Assembly: GCA_003971905.1 (NCBI GenBank)
Contig: RSEE01000130.1
Coordinates: 1-64,000 of the forward strand
Source: Moniliella sp. 'wahieum'
Lineage: Eukaryota
DNA: 64,000 nucleotides
Direction: 5' to 3'
The translations under genes were made by a program, and so were the position numbers. Numbering within the stretch: the stretch's first letter is position 1; every line of letters starts with the position of its first letter. The notes under the pieces are model-generated. The model searched no databases. It was not told the origin of the DNA and saw only the letters and a list, made by a program, of their open reading frames with translations. Shown one piece after another: positions 35,346 to 48,033 of this stretch.

Positions 35346-38039
35346 CCGAAAGGTGAAGACCTACTATGACGTACTCGCCCCTGCGACCGCCCAGCACCCA
35401 GGGCCGCCTTTCTAGCCACTACTGAGTAACGAGTGAAATCAGCTACCAGTCACAATCAACCGTCACGCGTCGCGTCGCGTCACAACCGTCACATGCACAT
35501 TGCCCTTTTTGCCACTGGGTCACTGTGAGTCTCCGTAACTAGTCACCGGTCATCGGCATCACCGGTCACCACATGTCCGCTCGACGGCCCGGCGGTCCAC
35601 GGTTGTTTTTCCTAACCTTTCACGAATTCACGTTTCACGCGTTTCAACACCTATACAGCTAGTGCACTATCATGCATCACGCATCATGCATCAGTGCATC
35701 AATCTCCAAAGCATTGCATCATCGACATCATCCATAGCAGCAGCATCCTGGGCCATCCACCACCTCTGGATTCTGGCGTTTTTTCATTCGTCTCCCACGC
35801 GATGGTCCTCGTTTTGGTCTCCTCAGGCCTCAGGCTGAAAAGCTCTCAGATCTCAGTTACGTTCGAATCCTGCATTCATAAATTCGTAGCCGGTGTTTTC
35901 ACACCTCTACCGGCACATCCTACTACCATACCTTGTGCGGCCGTGTGATGTATGGCGGCACAGAGAAGGGGTGTTCAACCATCCGACGAACTCCGGCCTC
36001 CACCTCATCCGGGGCCGATTGAAGGATCGACAGCAATCCTTGGCCTTATTCTCGAGAGCCTCCGGACCCGCTTCGCTTCAGGCGGAGCCCACTAGTTCAA
36101 TGCCTCAAGCTCACGCTCCAGCTCCAAGGTACTACTCGTCTAGTTCTCCAAAACTCACCCTACGCATATGTATCAAATCACTCGTCGGGCGTTACAATGT
36201 CTCTCATTTTCTCTTTTCACTTTGCCGCCACACTGTCTATTGGCAGATTTGCCTTTGGGTCCGTAGACTGGAGTATACCCATTGCCACCCAGGTACCGGG
36301 TACCCCCTACCGCTTCATGCGTCTTGCGCGCGCCATGGTTAATGATTCAGAATAATGCATCATGCACATCATGCTCTCTGCGCCCTGCCCTACTGATCAC
36401 ATATGTCCTGCAAATTGAGACGTTTTCCGGCCACGTAACAGAAGTAACGCGTAACGCGTAACCGGCACCGTGCCCAGCGCGTCTACAACCTGCGTGGCAA
36501 CGCCTATGCCCCATGTAACCATGGAACCGGTAGCCGGCTTGCTGCGATGATACATGGATGCGCACAAAAGCCCTCTGTCCCACCTTGCCTTGCCCCACGC
36601 GTGTGGAGGATTGACCCTTCTGAGGTCCGAAAAGACACGAGAGAGGTTTTAGCTTCACGTGTCATGCATGTATGTCACAGAGGATCGCAAAAGAGGGCAC
36701 TTCTAGAGAGAGGGAAGAAGGAAACGCCCTAGGTCTGACGAATGGGTAACCTAGTGTGTGTATACCTGCGAGAACCAGAAAAGAGGCGTGGATTAATGCA
36801 TTGACTATGAATGTGGAAGCCCATGAGGGAATTGGAGAGCAGAAGGAATGTGTAGAGCCTGAGGGGCCGATTTTCAATCGATCCACACATACCTCACGGC
36901 CTCACCAACATACGTGCCGCGTGAGTGTCATGCATATCTACTGTACTAGTCCGCACCGGCCGCCCGCTGGCGTCCACCCCACACTGGGGGTGAGATCTGA
37001 GACTCAGATCTGAGAAGAGCAGGAACTCCACCTTCCTCCCCACAAACATCAGTCATCAGTGAGAGACTGGATACAGAGGAGGTACAGCTGAGCCTCAGCG
37101 CTGATGCGTGATGCCTTCCATGTGACATGTGATTCACAAAACTCTGGCAGTAATCATGCATCATGCTCATGCATAAAGCCTCAGGCGTGCTCAGCACTGG
37201 GGCGCTGAGGCGGAGGCCTGAGACATGATATGCACGCAGTAAAGATAGAGGCGTAGGCATGCGGCCCCGATGATCGATAACGTGTGTGGAGCAGCAAAAC
37301 CAATGCCCCGCACAACTTTTCCGTTCTCGCGACCCCTACTGGCACAAGTCGGTGCTCCGGAATCTCCCGGAATGAATCTGGAATCGACAACATGGCATAG
37401 TCCAACAGCAGTCACATGTCACAGAGAAGCCAAGAAAGCTCGGATGATCGATGCTATGAGGGAAGTTCCGGCCCGGCAACTGTCGAAAAACCGGATCCTC
37501 TGTGTCAAGAATGAGATCTGAGATCTGAGAAGCGGGAGTGTAGACTTGACTTGTTATACAAACGTTAGAGAGGCTGAGCGGACTGCCAGGCATTGGGTAT
37601 CTACTCCTAAGGGACCACCGGGCCTACAACCCGATCTGCGTTCCTGTCATGATGCTTTTTACTGTGCGTCCGTATTGAAGGTCTGGGGCTTCGCCCCAGC
37701 CTTCCCCCAGCCGGGTGGTGGCAGCCCACGGCCATCTTTCCCCCTGGGCCACTATTCCATAGGCCTCTGTGCCCACTCGTCCACGCTGTCCAGCGTTCCA
37801 TCGGCGATGGATCTGGCTGGTTTCGTACCACCACCACCCCAATCCAGCTGGCGTTGCCCGCCCCCAAGGTCTGTTGCCCCGTTTAACCCCTATTCCCAGC
37901 CTCCGTTTCCCGCGCCTCGTCTGCCCCCCGCGGCCCTCCGCTCAGGATCCTCCCTCTTCTGTGCCTTCTGGCCAGCGTCTGTGTCTCTGCAGCCATCTCC
38001 CACCCGTCCGGGCCTCGTTCTCACGCCCCTCCCTCCCAC

Positions 38040-38790
38040 GCGCCCTCAGACCATCCCCGCCATTCGCTTGGCCAACCCCTCCATCAACTTGGCCATCTCC
38101 GCCATTCATTCGCCCATCGCCACCGTCGGGTCGGCCAAGCGGAAGCAGGTGATGACACATGTCATTGTGCATGCCTGCTGGCCTCAGTCTGGCGCACTGG
38201 CCGTCCGTGGCCACCGCCTCTCGCCTGTCGCCAGCACTGCCGCGCTTGAGTTGGCCGTCTGGACGCTTGTCTTGGCCATGCGGACCCTCGTCTCGGCCAT
38301 CTCTCCACTTGCTTCGCCCACGTCCAAGCCGACCGTACAACCTGCTACTCCATCCGCTTCCGACGCTGTTCCGGCCCATGCGCACCACTTTGCCCTACTC
38401 CCCTGCTGTCGCTGAGCTTGAGTTCCTCTTATCGAACGTCGCCTTGGCCATGTACAGCCTGGTCGCGCACATCGGTAAGCATGCCGTCTCATCCCATCCC
38501 ATTCCATCCCATCCCACCTTACCTCATTCTGACCCGCTCTTGCACCAGCCGCTTTTTACTCCTCACCACATCGCTCTGCGTCTACGTTTGCGCTCGCCCG
38601 GCGGCAACTGTTGGTTCATGTTGTGTCTGGCGTCTCCAAGCTTGTGCCGGCCATGTCAAATCATGCGCCCGTCATATCCAAGTCTGTACTTGCCATGTTC
38701 TTGTGCCCATTACCATCAACCTTGCGCTCGTCATCCCCAAGCCTGCGCTCTCCATCCCCAAGCCTGTGCTCCCCATCTTCCACATCAAGC
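38040..38790 (-). pseudogene. Degenerate 21-nt (7-codon) repeat array, probably a decayed heptad-repeat coding sequence
   Basis: Minus frames give MGE*MAEMAKLMEGLAKRMAGMV*, EMAETRVRMAKTSVQTA and MGSTGLG-MESAGLG-MTSARL. In-frame TGA stops sit where CGA occurs in a neighbouring unit. Confidence 0.35.
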
Positions 38791-40661
38791 ATTGATAGGA
38801 ACATACTAATGCATGTCATCATTCAGCCTATCTCCGTCCACTCTAGTCTGTTGGGAGCATGCATCACCGAAGCATCTGAGCACCTGTCATGAGCTGGCAA
38901 TCATATCGCGTTTGACAGCTCTTCTCCAACAGTGTAACAGCGAATCTTGAACATGTTTGCAGGCTGTCTACGCCCGACTTGGGGTGAGATGTTCGCGACG
39001 GTGCTGTAACCAACTTTGACACCGCATCCGTTGAAAAACAACAACGACTGTCATAGTTGCTTGAGCGCCTCAGCAGAGGGCATCCGTGGGGCTCTTTCGA
39101 CGGATCAAAAGTACGACTGCGGAAACTGTAATTTTAACGGACATGGAGCAAATGCTCCCGGAGAGAGGTACCTCAGGGCAGGCCAGCTCCGCAATACATT
39201 TACTAACTAAGCGTGGACGCCAGTGACTCTAGCGTGCGCGCAAGTGGCTCTCTCAGTGCGAAGGCCCAGAAATCAGGCCTTGCTCGGCAGTACATTGACT
39301 AACATCTCGGCAGTACATTGACAACTAACTCTGTAGAAGAACCATCTTTCCGATCAGCTTGCTTGCCCTCCCTCGCCCATCGGGAGACTCCCCGCTTTCT
39401 CGTCCAGCTCCCAAGTGCCACCTCTTCGCGGACGCTGCCTGGCTCCGCCCGACAAACATTAAAGAGTACTGTCGCGACCCTCCTACGTTTTCACGCCAGT
39501 GTTCCTTGGACTTTGGATCTGTATGATGGTTTCAGTCCTCCGTGAGTCTTGCCCCGATGGACAGGGAATGTCTCCGCCTGTGGGAAGCCGACAACCCCCC
39601 GTCACAGAGATGTGACAATGATCGCCGTGCCACTCGTCCTCTACTCCCTCTCTGTTGGTACATCGGTCCCTTCAACACACACACCTTTCCCCGTAACCCA
39701 CGGTTCGGCAATCCTATAACTTGCGCGCAAGTGAGGCACCATGATTATATCCCATTGCACCGAGAGAGAAACCTTGGGCGTTGATACGGTGGTATTGTGG
39801 ACGTTCAACGTTGTGTGTTGTGATGGTGACTCGCTCCACCGATCGCGGTGCACTCCCTGCCTCACTAGTCCCCGAGGCTCTGCGGGCTCGGAAGATTGCT
39901 GATGAGCGTGGTACCCGCGTATTATAAGCCACCGACTAGTAACCTTCTCCCGTAGCCCTCTTGTTGTCCTGCTGTCTACTACCAACGCCCATCTCTCGCC
40001 CGCAATCGAGATCCCCTACGCTACTGCCCTAAACGCTTCAGCATCCATTGCTGTCTCCGTAGCTAGGTGTGGACCAGGACGTCGGCACAGTTGAACATCG
40101 ATCATCGAGAATGGCCGCTTGTGGCTTTGGGACGGCCCACCCAGGTGTTTAATGTTCCTTTAATTGTACACGGTCTAGATGCAGTGACCAAGGAGTTGCG
40201 TGTACTATACTCGCTGTCACCACGGATGGTATATAGGCATCGATCCAGCAGACACGATGGGAGAAAAGGGGAGAGGCGAATGAATTTGCCGTGATGAATC
40301 GGCTCGGCAAGTACATCCCATCTGCCAGAGGTGGGAAAAGATTCAGGCCAGTGAAGAGAGAAGTGAAGAGCTCAATGAGTGGCAAGAAAGGGAGACACAG
40401 GAATCATGAAAGTGAGTCAGAACGTTTCCCAGGCAAGGAGACCAGGAGGGGATATAAGTGGAGGCAATGCTTTGCCTGCCTTTGGAAGGGCAACATCGTA
40501 CACGGAAAAGCAGGCCCACGAAAGTAATGAAGTACGGGAATCGACCGGCAACAGTCGCATGACATCAAGGGGGCGCGAGGTGCTTTTCCACGCCCGTACT
40601 ACCGCACAGGAAAGCACTGCGGAACAAGCAGCCAGAGAGTAGATACAATCCCACGCTGTGC

Positions 40662-41896
40662 CTAAGCTGACACATCCGCCTCAGCTGAGAAGGAGGCGTT
40701 GGGGACAATCTGTTTGACTGCCTGGGCCACTTGGCTTGGGGCTGGAGCCTTGCCCAGGGCAGAGGAGAGGTGGGCTTCAACGGTGCCGGCCAGTTGGGAC
40801 GGGAGAGCCTTCGCGGAAGCGCCCTCTGCGGACGCAGAGGCCTGCACCTGAGCGATCACCTGGGTCGGAAGAAGGCTGGACAGAGTGCTGCCGGCCGCCT
40901 CAATGTTGGCCTTGCCGCTGGCTTCCACCTGCTGGAACGAGCCCTGGAACTTCTGACTGATCTCCTGGGGCAGGCTAACCATCGCTTCTTTCACGATGGG
41001 CTGGACCTGTGCTTGGACCGAGGTAACCTTGGTGCCGCTCTGAGTAAGCACTTCTTTCACCGCGGCCTCCACATCGCTTCCAGAGGGGACATTGCTCTTG
41101 ATCTTGCACAAGGCCGTCTTCAATGCCGAGCTGACATCTTGGGACGAGGCAGCGCTAGCACCCTTGGGCAGCGCCTGCTTGATCTGCCCCACCAGCTGCG
41201 ACACGGTGGTACTGTTGATACTGGCGCTGGCAGCCACGTTCACACCGTCCCGCTGAGACAGGGGGAGAGAAAAGGACTTGGCCAGGTCGTCGGCCTTGTT
41301 AAACTGGGGCACGGCTTGCTGGACAGCTTGGGCCAGGGTACTGCTCGAGGGCTGCTTACCGCCCAACTTGGCCACGCCCTGTTGCACTGCCGACGCCACG
41401 TCGGCCGCAGAGGGAGCACTCGAGGCGCTCGGCATGACCTGCTGAATCTCCTTGGCGAGAGAACTGGCGTTGATTGTGCCACTCGGAACCGCGCCAGCCT
41501 GGTTTGCATCGCGCTGGCTCAGCTGCTTGGGAAGCTCTTGTTTGACCTCGTCCACCACTTTGGACAAGGACGGAGTAGAGGGGGAGGCAGATGGCGCAGC
41601 CGCCACGCCAATCTTGCGAGCATGACGCTCATGGAACCGGCGCCGGTGCGATGGCTCGCGGGAGCCCAACGGGACAGAACCCGCCAGCTTCTCTGCCTGG
41701 CTGGTGATTTTGCCTGAACCGCTCTCGACGGCGTGTTGAATGTCGTTGGGCTGGGGCAGTTGTTGAGCCTCTGGAAAGAGCAGGAAACACCAGAGGGTTA
41801 GTATAATGTGTACAGGGGTTGCCAAATGGGGGAGAAAGGAGACTCACGGACGGCTACTGCCACCAGGAGCAAGGAGGAAAGGAGCGTGAGGCGCAT
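40662..41896 (-). CDS. Secreted Ala/Ser/Gln-rich repeat protein (effector or cell-surface candidate)
   Basis: Exon 1 41896-41848 plus intron 41847-41771 (GTGAGT...CTAAC...CAG) gives the signal peptide MRLTLLSSLLLVAVAVQA. It is followed by HRRRFHERHARK, repeated helical units and two LSQRD motifs. Confidence 0.85.
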
Positions 41897-42928
41897 CAGT
41901 AGGAGAAGAGGGGGGATCAAGAGAGTGTGTGGGAGGAGGGCTGGGCGCGAGGAAGCGCAGAGTGCTGGGGAAGGGGAGGGAGAGAGAGGACGCAAGTGGC
42001 GGGCAGGGGAAGAGGGGGACCAGCCAAGTGCGCTGACAGATGGCGGGTTTATATATGAGTGGCTCTGGTTGATACTTGAGGCCGATCGCAACAGAGGCTT
42101 GCTGCCCATGGAAGGTGGAGGAGGGCACTGGCAGTGCCAGTTTGTGGGGGCGCAACGAGCGCTGGCGTTGTAATGATATTAAAGTGCGCGAGCGAGGTTG
42201 GGGCGGCTGGCTGTCTTGTGTCTTGTGCGCCCCTGTGCCTGCGTGCAATCGGGCGAAGGAAGAAAGCGAGCCGCTATTAGCGGTTGTGGGGGGAGGGCTG
42301 CGGATGCCCTGACGGAGAGGCGCGACGGCGCAGTCTTTGGCCGACAGCAGGAAGCGCGCGCGAGAGAGGAAGGCGCCGCGCGGGCGCCGCGCTCTCGCTG
42401 CCCCCACCGAGGGAAGGGCACAGCGACGACGAGAGACCTCTAACTCCTGGCCTGGGATGGATGGCCGTCACCGTCATCAGTCATCTTCCTATCTTGAAAC
42501 GTTGGTCAGAAGCAGAGAGCAACCCTTTCTTCGGAGCAATACACCCGAGCAAGCAAGCGCCGAGGCCCAGCAAGTGCTTCGAGCACCAGGAGCGAGAGAG
42601 CGTGCAGAACAAACCGGTGATGGCATCTTCTTTCCTCTTCTTGAAGCTTAACGTCGAACCCAATCGCTTTGCAGAGTGATGTTTGATCGACAGAGGTACG
42701 ATGAGATGTTTACTGTCGATGTATATAACCTGTAAGAGAGAGAGATCGACGAGGGCTCAGGGCTCACACGCGCGTACTAGGTTGCTAGCGTTCATCTGGT
42801 CGAGACCACTTGGACGTGTGCTCGTGTAGGAGCGACACTTCTTGTGGCCTATCATGCAAGCGCGCGCGCGTGAGATGCGTTTTCCTGACGTGTGTGTGGC
42901 GCCCTCAGGCCTCAACGTCTTACCGTCT

Positions 42929-42953
42929 CAACGTTTAACGTTTAACGTTTAAC
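42929..42953. repeat. Heptamer palindrome repeat (AACGTT-T)n
   Basis: caacgtttaacgtttaacgtttaac. Confidence 0.85.
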
Positions 42954-43886
42954 CCTCCACTCCAACACGACTTGGGCTCGCCCCACCGGCGGCGTTTCGC
43001 AATGTGATCTCCATCGATCACCATTTCCACTTTTGCAGCGCTCTGAGCCTTTCTGGGGCACCATGAACTTGACGCTTCTTACGATCGAGCTTCAAGCTTC
43101 ACGCGCGAGCTTCAAGCTTCACGTGTCCATACCAACAGCAGAGCCAGTGTATATAACTCTTTGCAGCGCTCGTGTTGTATGCAACGCTGTTGGCTCTCAG
43201 AAATCAGTCTGATCTACCACACTATCGCACAGAGAATAAGAGCGTTTGTCGGATGCCCTGCTCTTCGTTTGCTCTTTGCTCGCTCTCGCCTTTCCCGATG
43301 GGCAGTGCAGTGCCGGTGTACGCAGAGACAGAGGGCGGATGGAGCGGAGGCGACCAGGGTGCATTCTATCACCCGCTGATGGTGCATGGTGTCTCGCAGT
43401 GGCGAGCGACTGACGATCAATATTCGATGTCAATGTCAACCGTCAAGCTTCAAGTACTCTCAGTCAAGGTTCAAAATACGCCAACAGAGCAAGGCGAGGT
43501 AGACGCGGGACAGGACGCGTGTTATGATAATCCGATGACGCAGTGGGCCAGGGCCTTCCTGCCCATGGCGCAGATGGTGTTACAGTTGTGAGATCTGAGA
43601 CGGGGGGGACCGGTGAGAGCTTGCGACTATATAGGCTGGTTGCCATGGCTGAGGAAGGGCACTAGGCCAGTCCATGCATCATGCCATAGCTCGCGTTGCG
43701 CGCGCTTGCCTTTCCCATGTCATCGATCTTTCTTAGCGCCCTCATCGACTCATACTCAGTACTCATCGGCTCATCAGCCTATCCGGGCGAACCTTTCCTA
43801 GGGGCTGTATGATAGGCCTTTTATTAGGAGCGGCCTAACCAGCTTGCTGTTAGCGTTAGCCGCCCTAATCCACAATCGGTCGCATG

Positions 43887-44116
43887 GGTAACCGGTAACC
43901 GGTAACTGGTAAACGGCCTAAGGCCTAAACTACCCTAAACCAGTGGCCTACTACAACATCTTTGTTTCGCTCAACGTACGTATGATACGTTCAACGTACT
44001 CAACGTTTACACGTTTACACGTTCACGCGTTCACGCGTCCACGTCCGTCATAACGACACGATGATCGATGACATCGATGACATCAGATCTCGGATCAATC
44101 AGATCTCAGATCTCAG
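43887..44116. repeat. Cluster of different heptamer palindrome repeats (ACCGGT-A, AGGCCT-A, AACGTT, ACGCGT, ATCGAT, AGATCT-C)
   Basis: ggtaaccggtaaccggtaac; ggcctaaggcctaa; ttcacgcgttcacgcgt; gatgatcgatgacatcgatg; cagatctcagatctcag. Confidence 0.8.
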
Positions 44117-44556
44117 AGGAGCAACCTTGTTCCCGGCGGCCCATCGCCCATTCCATCAGCTGAGATCCTGCTTCTGGTCCGTTCCCCTGTGTCCAAGACC
44201 GTAGCAGTGAATAACAACTACCAAGTGACACCTTCTTGCTCCTCTGGCATACACTACCGACTTGACGGACTGCTATCGTCTCGGCATGGCATTGCATTCG
44301 CGTACAACGAACTGTCACATGTCACATGTCACTGGCCAACACCAACCCCCAAACATATCGTTGTAGGCCAATTTGATATAGCTCTTCATCTCATTAGGTT
44401 TCGATTCCTCTAGCGCAGTCACTGGTCACTGGTTACCACCCGTAACAATATTCTCATCTTGTCATCTTTCTCACTGGACGTGCCGCGTGGCACGACACAC
44501 GTGGCATGGTCGCACATAGCGGTAGGCTGTAGTCGGTATTCGGTAGTCGGGAGCCT

Positions 44557-46597
44557 TTACGCGCGGTGGTTGCGGCGGGGGGCCGACGGGATGGGTAAGA
44601 CGTGCGAGAGCCGGGGAGTCGGAGCGCATTTTGCTCACGCGAATCCGGCGTAGGTCCGAGACGAACGAGTTGCCCACCAAGCGGCGGTTGTGTTTGTCTA
44701 CGTAGGCGCGGAGCTGGGCGACGTTCTGGCCCTCGTATCGAGGGGCATGGTGAGCGCTTCAAAGATCGAGTCGGCGACCGCTTGTTTATCCCATGGGTTG
44801 ATGATCACACTCCCATTCAACGATGTGCTGCACCAGCAAACTCGGAGAGGATCATCACGCCACACCGCTCGGCTTGGCACGCAATGTACTCGTACGACAC
44901 GAGGTTCATCCCGTCCCGGTGGAGGTGACGAGGCACGCGTCGGACACGGCGTACAGGGCTACCAGTTCCGGAACGGCACGCTCTTGTGCAAAAAGTGGAT
45001 CGGCATGTGCGTTGCCGTACCAAACTCGGAGTTGATCCGGCCTACCATCTCCGATACGGAACAGCGCAAGGACTGGTACTCCTCCACATCTTGCCGCGAC
45101 GGCACGGCAACTTGGATCAGTACGCACTGCTCTGCGTACTCGGGGTGTTGCTGCAGGAACGTCTCGAAGCCAATCTTTTGCGGCACACCTTTAATGTAGT
45201 CCAGTCGTCCACACCAATGATGATCTTCTTGCCTTGGAAGTGGGCCAGAAGCTGGTCCATGCGCGCCATCACCTCGGGCGTCTTGAGAGCCGTGTAGAAC
45301 GACTGAGGCTCAATTCCGATCGGGTACGCGCCCACGTGAACGTACCGCCCTTCAAATGCCAGACCATTGGGCATGACGGGCATGCCCAAGATCCGCGTGC
45401 ACGACGACAAAAAGTGCGCGCATAGTCGTACGTGTGGAACCCAATCAAGTCCGAATGCAGAATGCCCAACAAGATTTCCGCCGCACGGAAGATACGGTAA
45501 ATCTCACTGGACGGGAAGGGCGTGGAGGGGAAAAAGCCAATCTTGATCGTGCCACGGGGGAAGAACGGTGCTGGAGTTGTCGGCACCAGCAGTAGCAGCG
45601 GGCGCAGTGTCGCCGCCCCGCGGATCAGCGGACAGGGAGGCGAGGCGGACTTGCGTGTGGACGGTGCCAGGCCCTCAGAGGACCGCAGGACGGAATGGCT
45701 ATTGAGACCTTACGAATGTGCTCGAGCTCGAGCTGGGACGTGCGGCCTTGTTGGGCGGCGCCTCGACGAGAGTACGCAGCATGAGCGGCAAGAGCATCAG
45801 ATGGTAGTCTTGCACCCACACCATATCGCCTCGGCGGGCAACGGAGCGAACGCGCTGGGCAAACATGAGGTTGGCCTGGCGGTAGGCGAGCCAAGAGTCT
45901 TCGTAAAGTTCATCTCGCCCGGACGGTAGTGGTACAAGGGCCAGAGAACCGAGTTGGAAAATCCATTGTAGTGCCCGTCGGCGACACATCCGGCAGCCAG
46001 ACCGGTTCGCAGCTGTACTCGGAGCGAGCTTGCCCTCGATAAACTCGCGATCGGCCGCGGGGGCGGAAATGCCCGGCCAACCAATCCACAGAAACGGCGT
46101 CGTCTTTTTGACCCCGGCGAGAGCCGAGACGAGCCCGCCGGACGAGGGACGGAAGGTGTAGCCGCCGTCGGCGTTGGTGTCGCGCGTGATGGTGACGGGC
46201 AGACGGTTGGAGACGACAATGAGGCGCGAGGTAGACGTGGTGCCTGCGGCGTCCGTGGGAGCGGGGGCGGGAGCGGGTGTGGGGGCCGGGGCAGCGGCGG
46301 CGGGTGTGCGGGCGGCAGAGGGATGTGGACAGGATCGGGCTGGGAGGTGGTGATGTGGACGTCGGACATGGCGGAGGTGAGGGCGGAGGGCCGGGTGGGG
46401 TGGTGGCGCGGGGTGGCGGAGGCGGAGGAGGCGGGCGGGCGAGGCGATGCGGGAGGGGACGCGGGAGGCGATGCGGGAGGCCGGCGTGGCGGGCGAGTCG
46501 TTGAGCGGCGTCGGGCGGTGGGGGGCGGGGGCGGAGGGGGGTGGAGCGGGCTGAAGGCGGCGGGGTCGGAGGGCGGGACGCCGGTGGGCATGACCAT
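44557..46597 (-). CDS. TPS1: Trehalose-6-phosphate synthase
   Basis: RLIVVSNRLPVT, SSGGLVSAL, WIGWPG, HYNGFSNSVLWPL, WVQDYHLMLLP, IGFHTYDYAR, LIQVAVPSR, RDGMNLVSYEY, ILSEFAGAA. Alternative start at 46369; many frameshifts; 3' end approximate. Confidence 0.95.
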
Positions 46598-47268
46598 CGT
46601 GGCGGTGGAGATGGGGGGGGGGGGAGGGCGAGGGTGGTGGGGAGGGGCCAGAAGGTGGTGGTGAGGAGGACGGACCGGCGGCAGGTATTTTAACACACGA
46701 ACTGCGACGCAGCACACTGCCCCCGCGCGGCGGGTCTTGGGCCGTGCGTCGGCTGGGCCAGTGCGCCTCAGCGCCTCAGCACCTCAGCAGCGGCCCCCCT
46801 GCCACACTGCTGCTGTGCCGTCTGGCCCCGGAAGAAGAGGCAAGAACAGGCGACAATGGATTAATGGCCGGCACGCCCCGTCACATCCCTCCTCGTCCTC
46901 AGCATCCCCAGCACCGCCCGCGCCATCCCCACATCCCCAGCGCCATTCGCCCACTTTCTGACGCCCCATTGGTGCACTTCACGCGATAGCCTCCCCTGCT
47001 ATACTCATCCCTCTCATCCATCCCCCCCCCCGGCCCAACAGCATCGCATACATAGCCCACGTGCCATGACGCGTCCGTAGCGCGTAAGCCCAATTGCCCC
47101 CCTTGCGCCTATGTATTGATCCGCCCCTTGCCCCTATCCACCCGTGCGCACCGGTGACGAGTGCCACCCCATCCATATTCCATGCAGCACAGCGTGTGGC
47201 CACACGCAGGCAGGCAGGCGCACCCACCCACCCCGCCCCGCCCCGCAGCTCGTGTGCCGACTGCCCTA

Positions 47269-47734
47269 CTAGGCGCTCGGTCCTGGCCCTGAGCACTGGC
47301 CGGCGTCGGGGCCGACGAGGCCGGGTCTTGGAAGCCAAGGTTGCTCATGTCGTCCTTGACCATCAGTTCGCTGGCGACGCGCACACGGGTCAGCCTACCG
47401 ATGCCCACCCATCCCCCACCGATGCCCACCCGCACAAAGGAAACAAGAGGGAACACGCACTGGTCCATCCTGCACTGCAGGTACGCCTTGCTCAAGTCGC
47501 GGCACTCGGCCGTGGTAGACTTGTTCTGTTTGAGGCAGTCCATGTACTTGGTGATCCACGACTTGCATTCGCCTGGGCCGCCACAGCAACCCGGCAGGGA
47601 GGGTCAGCAGCCGAGGGGCACGCGCGGGCGACAGGGGAGCGACACGTACCATCGTGGTCCAGCGGGAAGGACCCGCGGTCGGGCGGGTTGACAATGCGCG
47701 TGTAGTCAAAGCCTCCAGGACGGCCGAAGGACAT
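47269..47734 (-). CDS. COX19: Cytochrome c oxidase assembly protein COX19 (twin CX9C)
   Basis: MSFGRPG...PPDRGSFPLDHDG|ECKSWITKYMDCLKQNKSTTAECRDLSKAYLQCRMD..|ELMVKDDMSNLGF. Introns 47649-47573 and 47460-47371; stop position approximate. Confidence 0.93.
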
Positions 47735-48033
47735 GGTGCGCGTGGAGCTGGTGTCGGGGGGAAGTGGCCCGGGAAGATGGGGCGGCAGGAGAAGTAGTGC
47801 GTCAGCCGCATCGGCATTCTTCGCGGTGCCGAAGCACGCAGGGCTGCCGACGCGGCCGCTGATCGATGATCGCTGATCTGATGTAAGCCTAGACCTGCGT
47901 GGTGTGCTTATCCACACCCACGCTCAACACACCTCCGTTCGGGTCGAGTTGGCGCTGGACGTCAAGTGAAGCTGGGCGATTGCTGGCTCGCGCCGTCCAT
48001 CTCCTCACCGCCTCTTCCCTCTTCCCCGCCAGC

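Noticed and set aside
35860..35870. GTTCGAATCC as a tRNA T-loop or B-box
   Set aside because: The flanks do not pair into a T-stem, and no acceptor, D or anticodon arms are visible.
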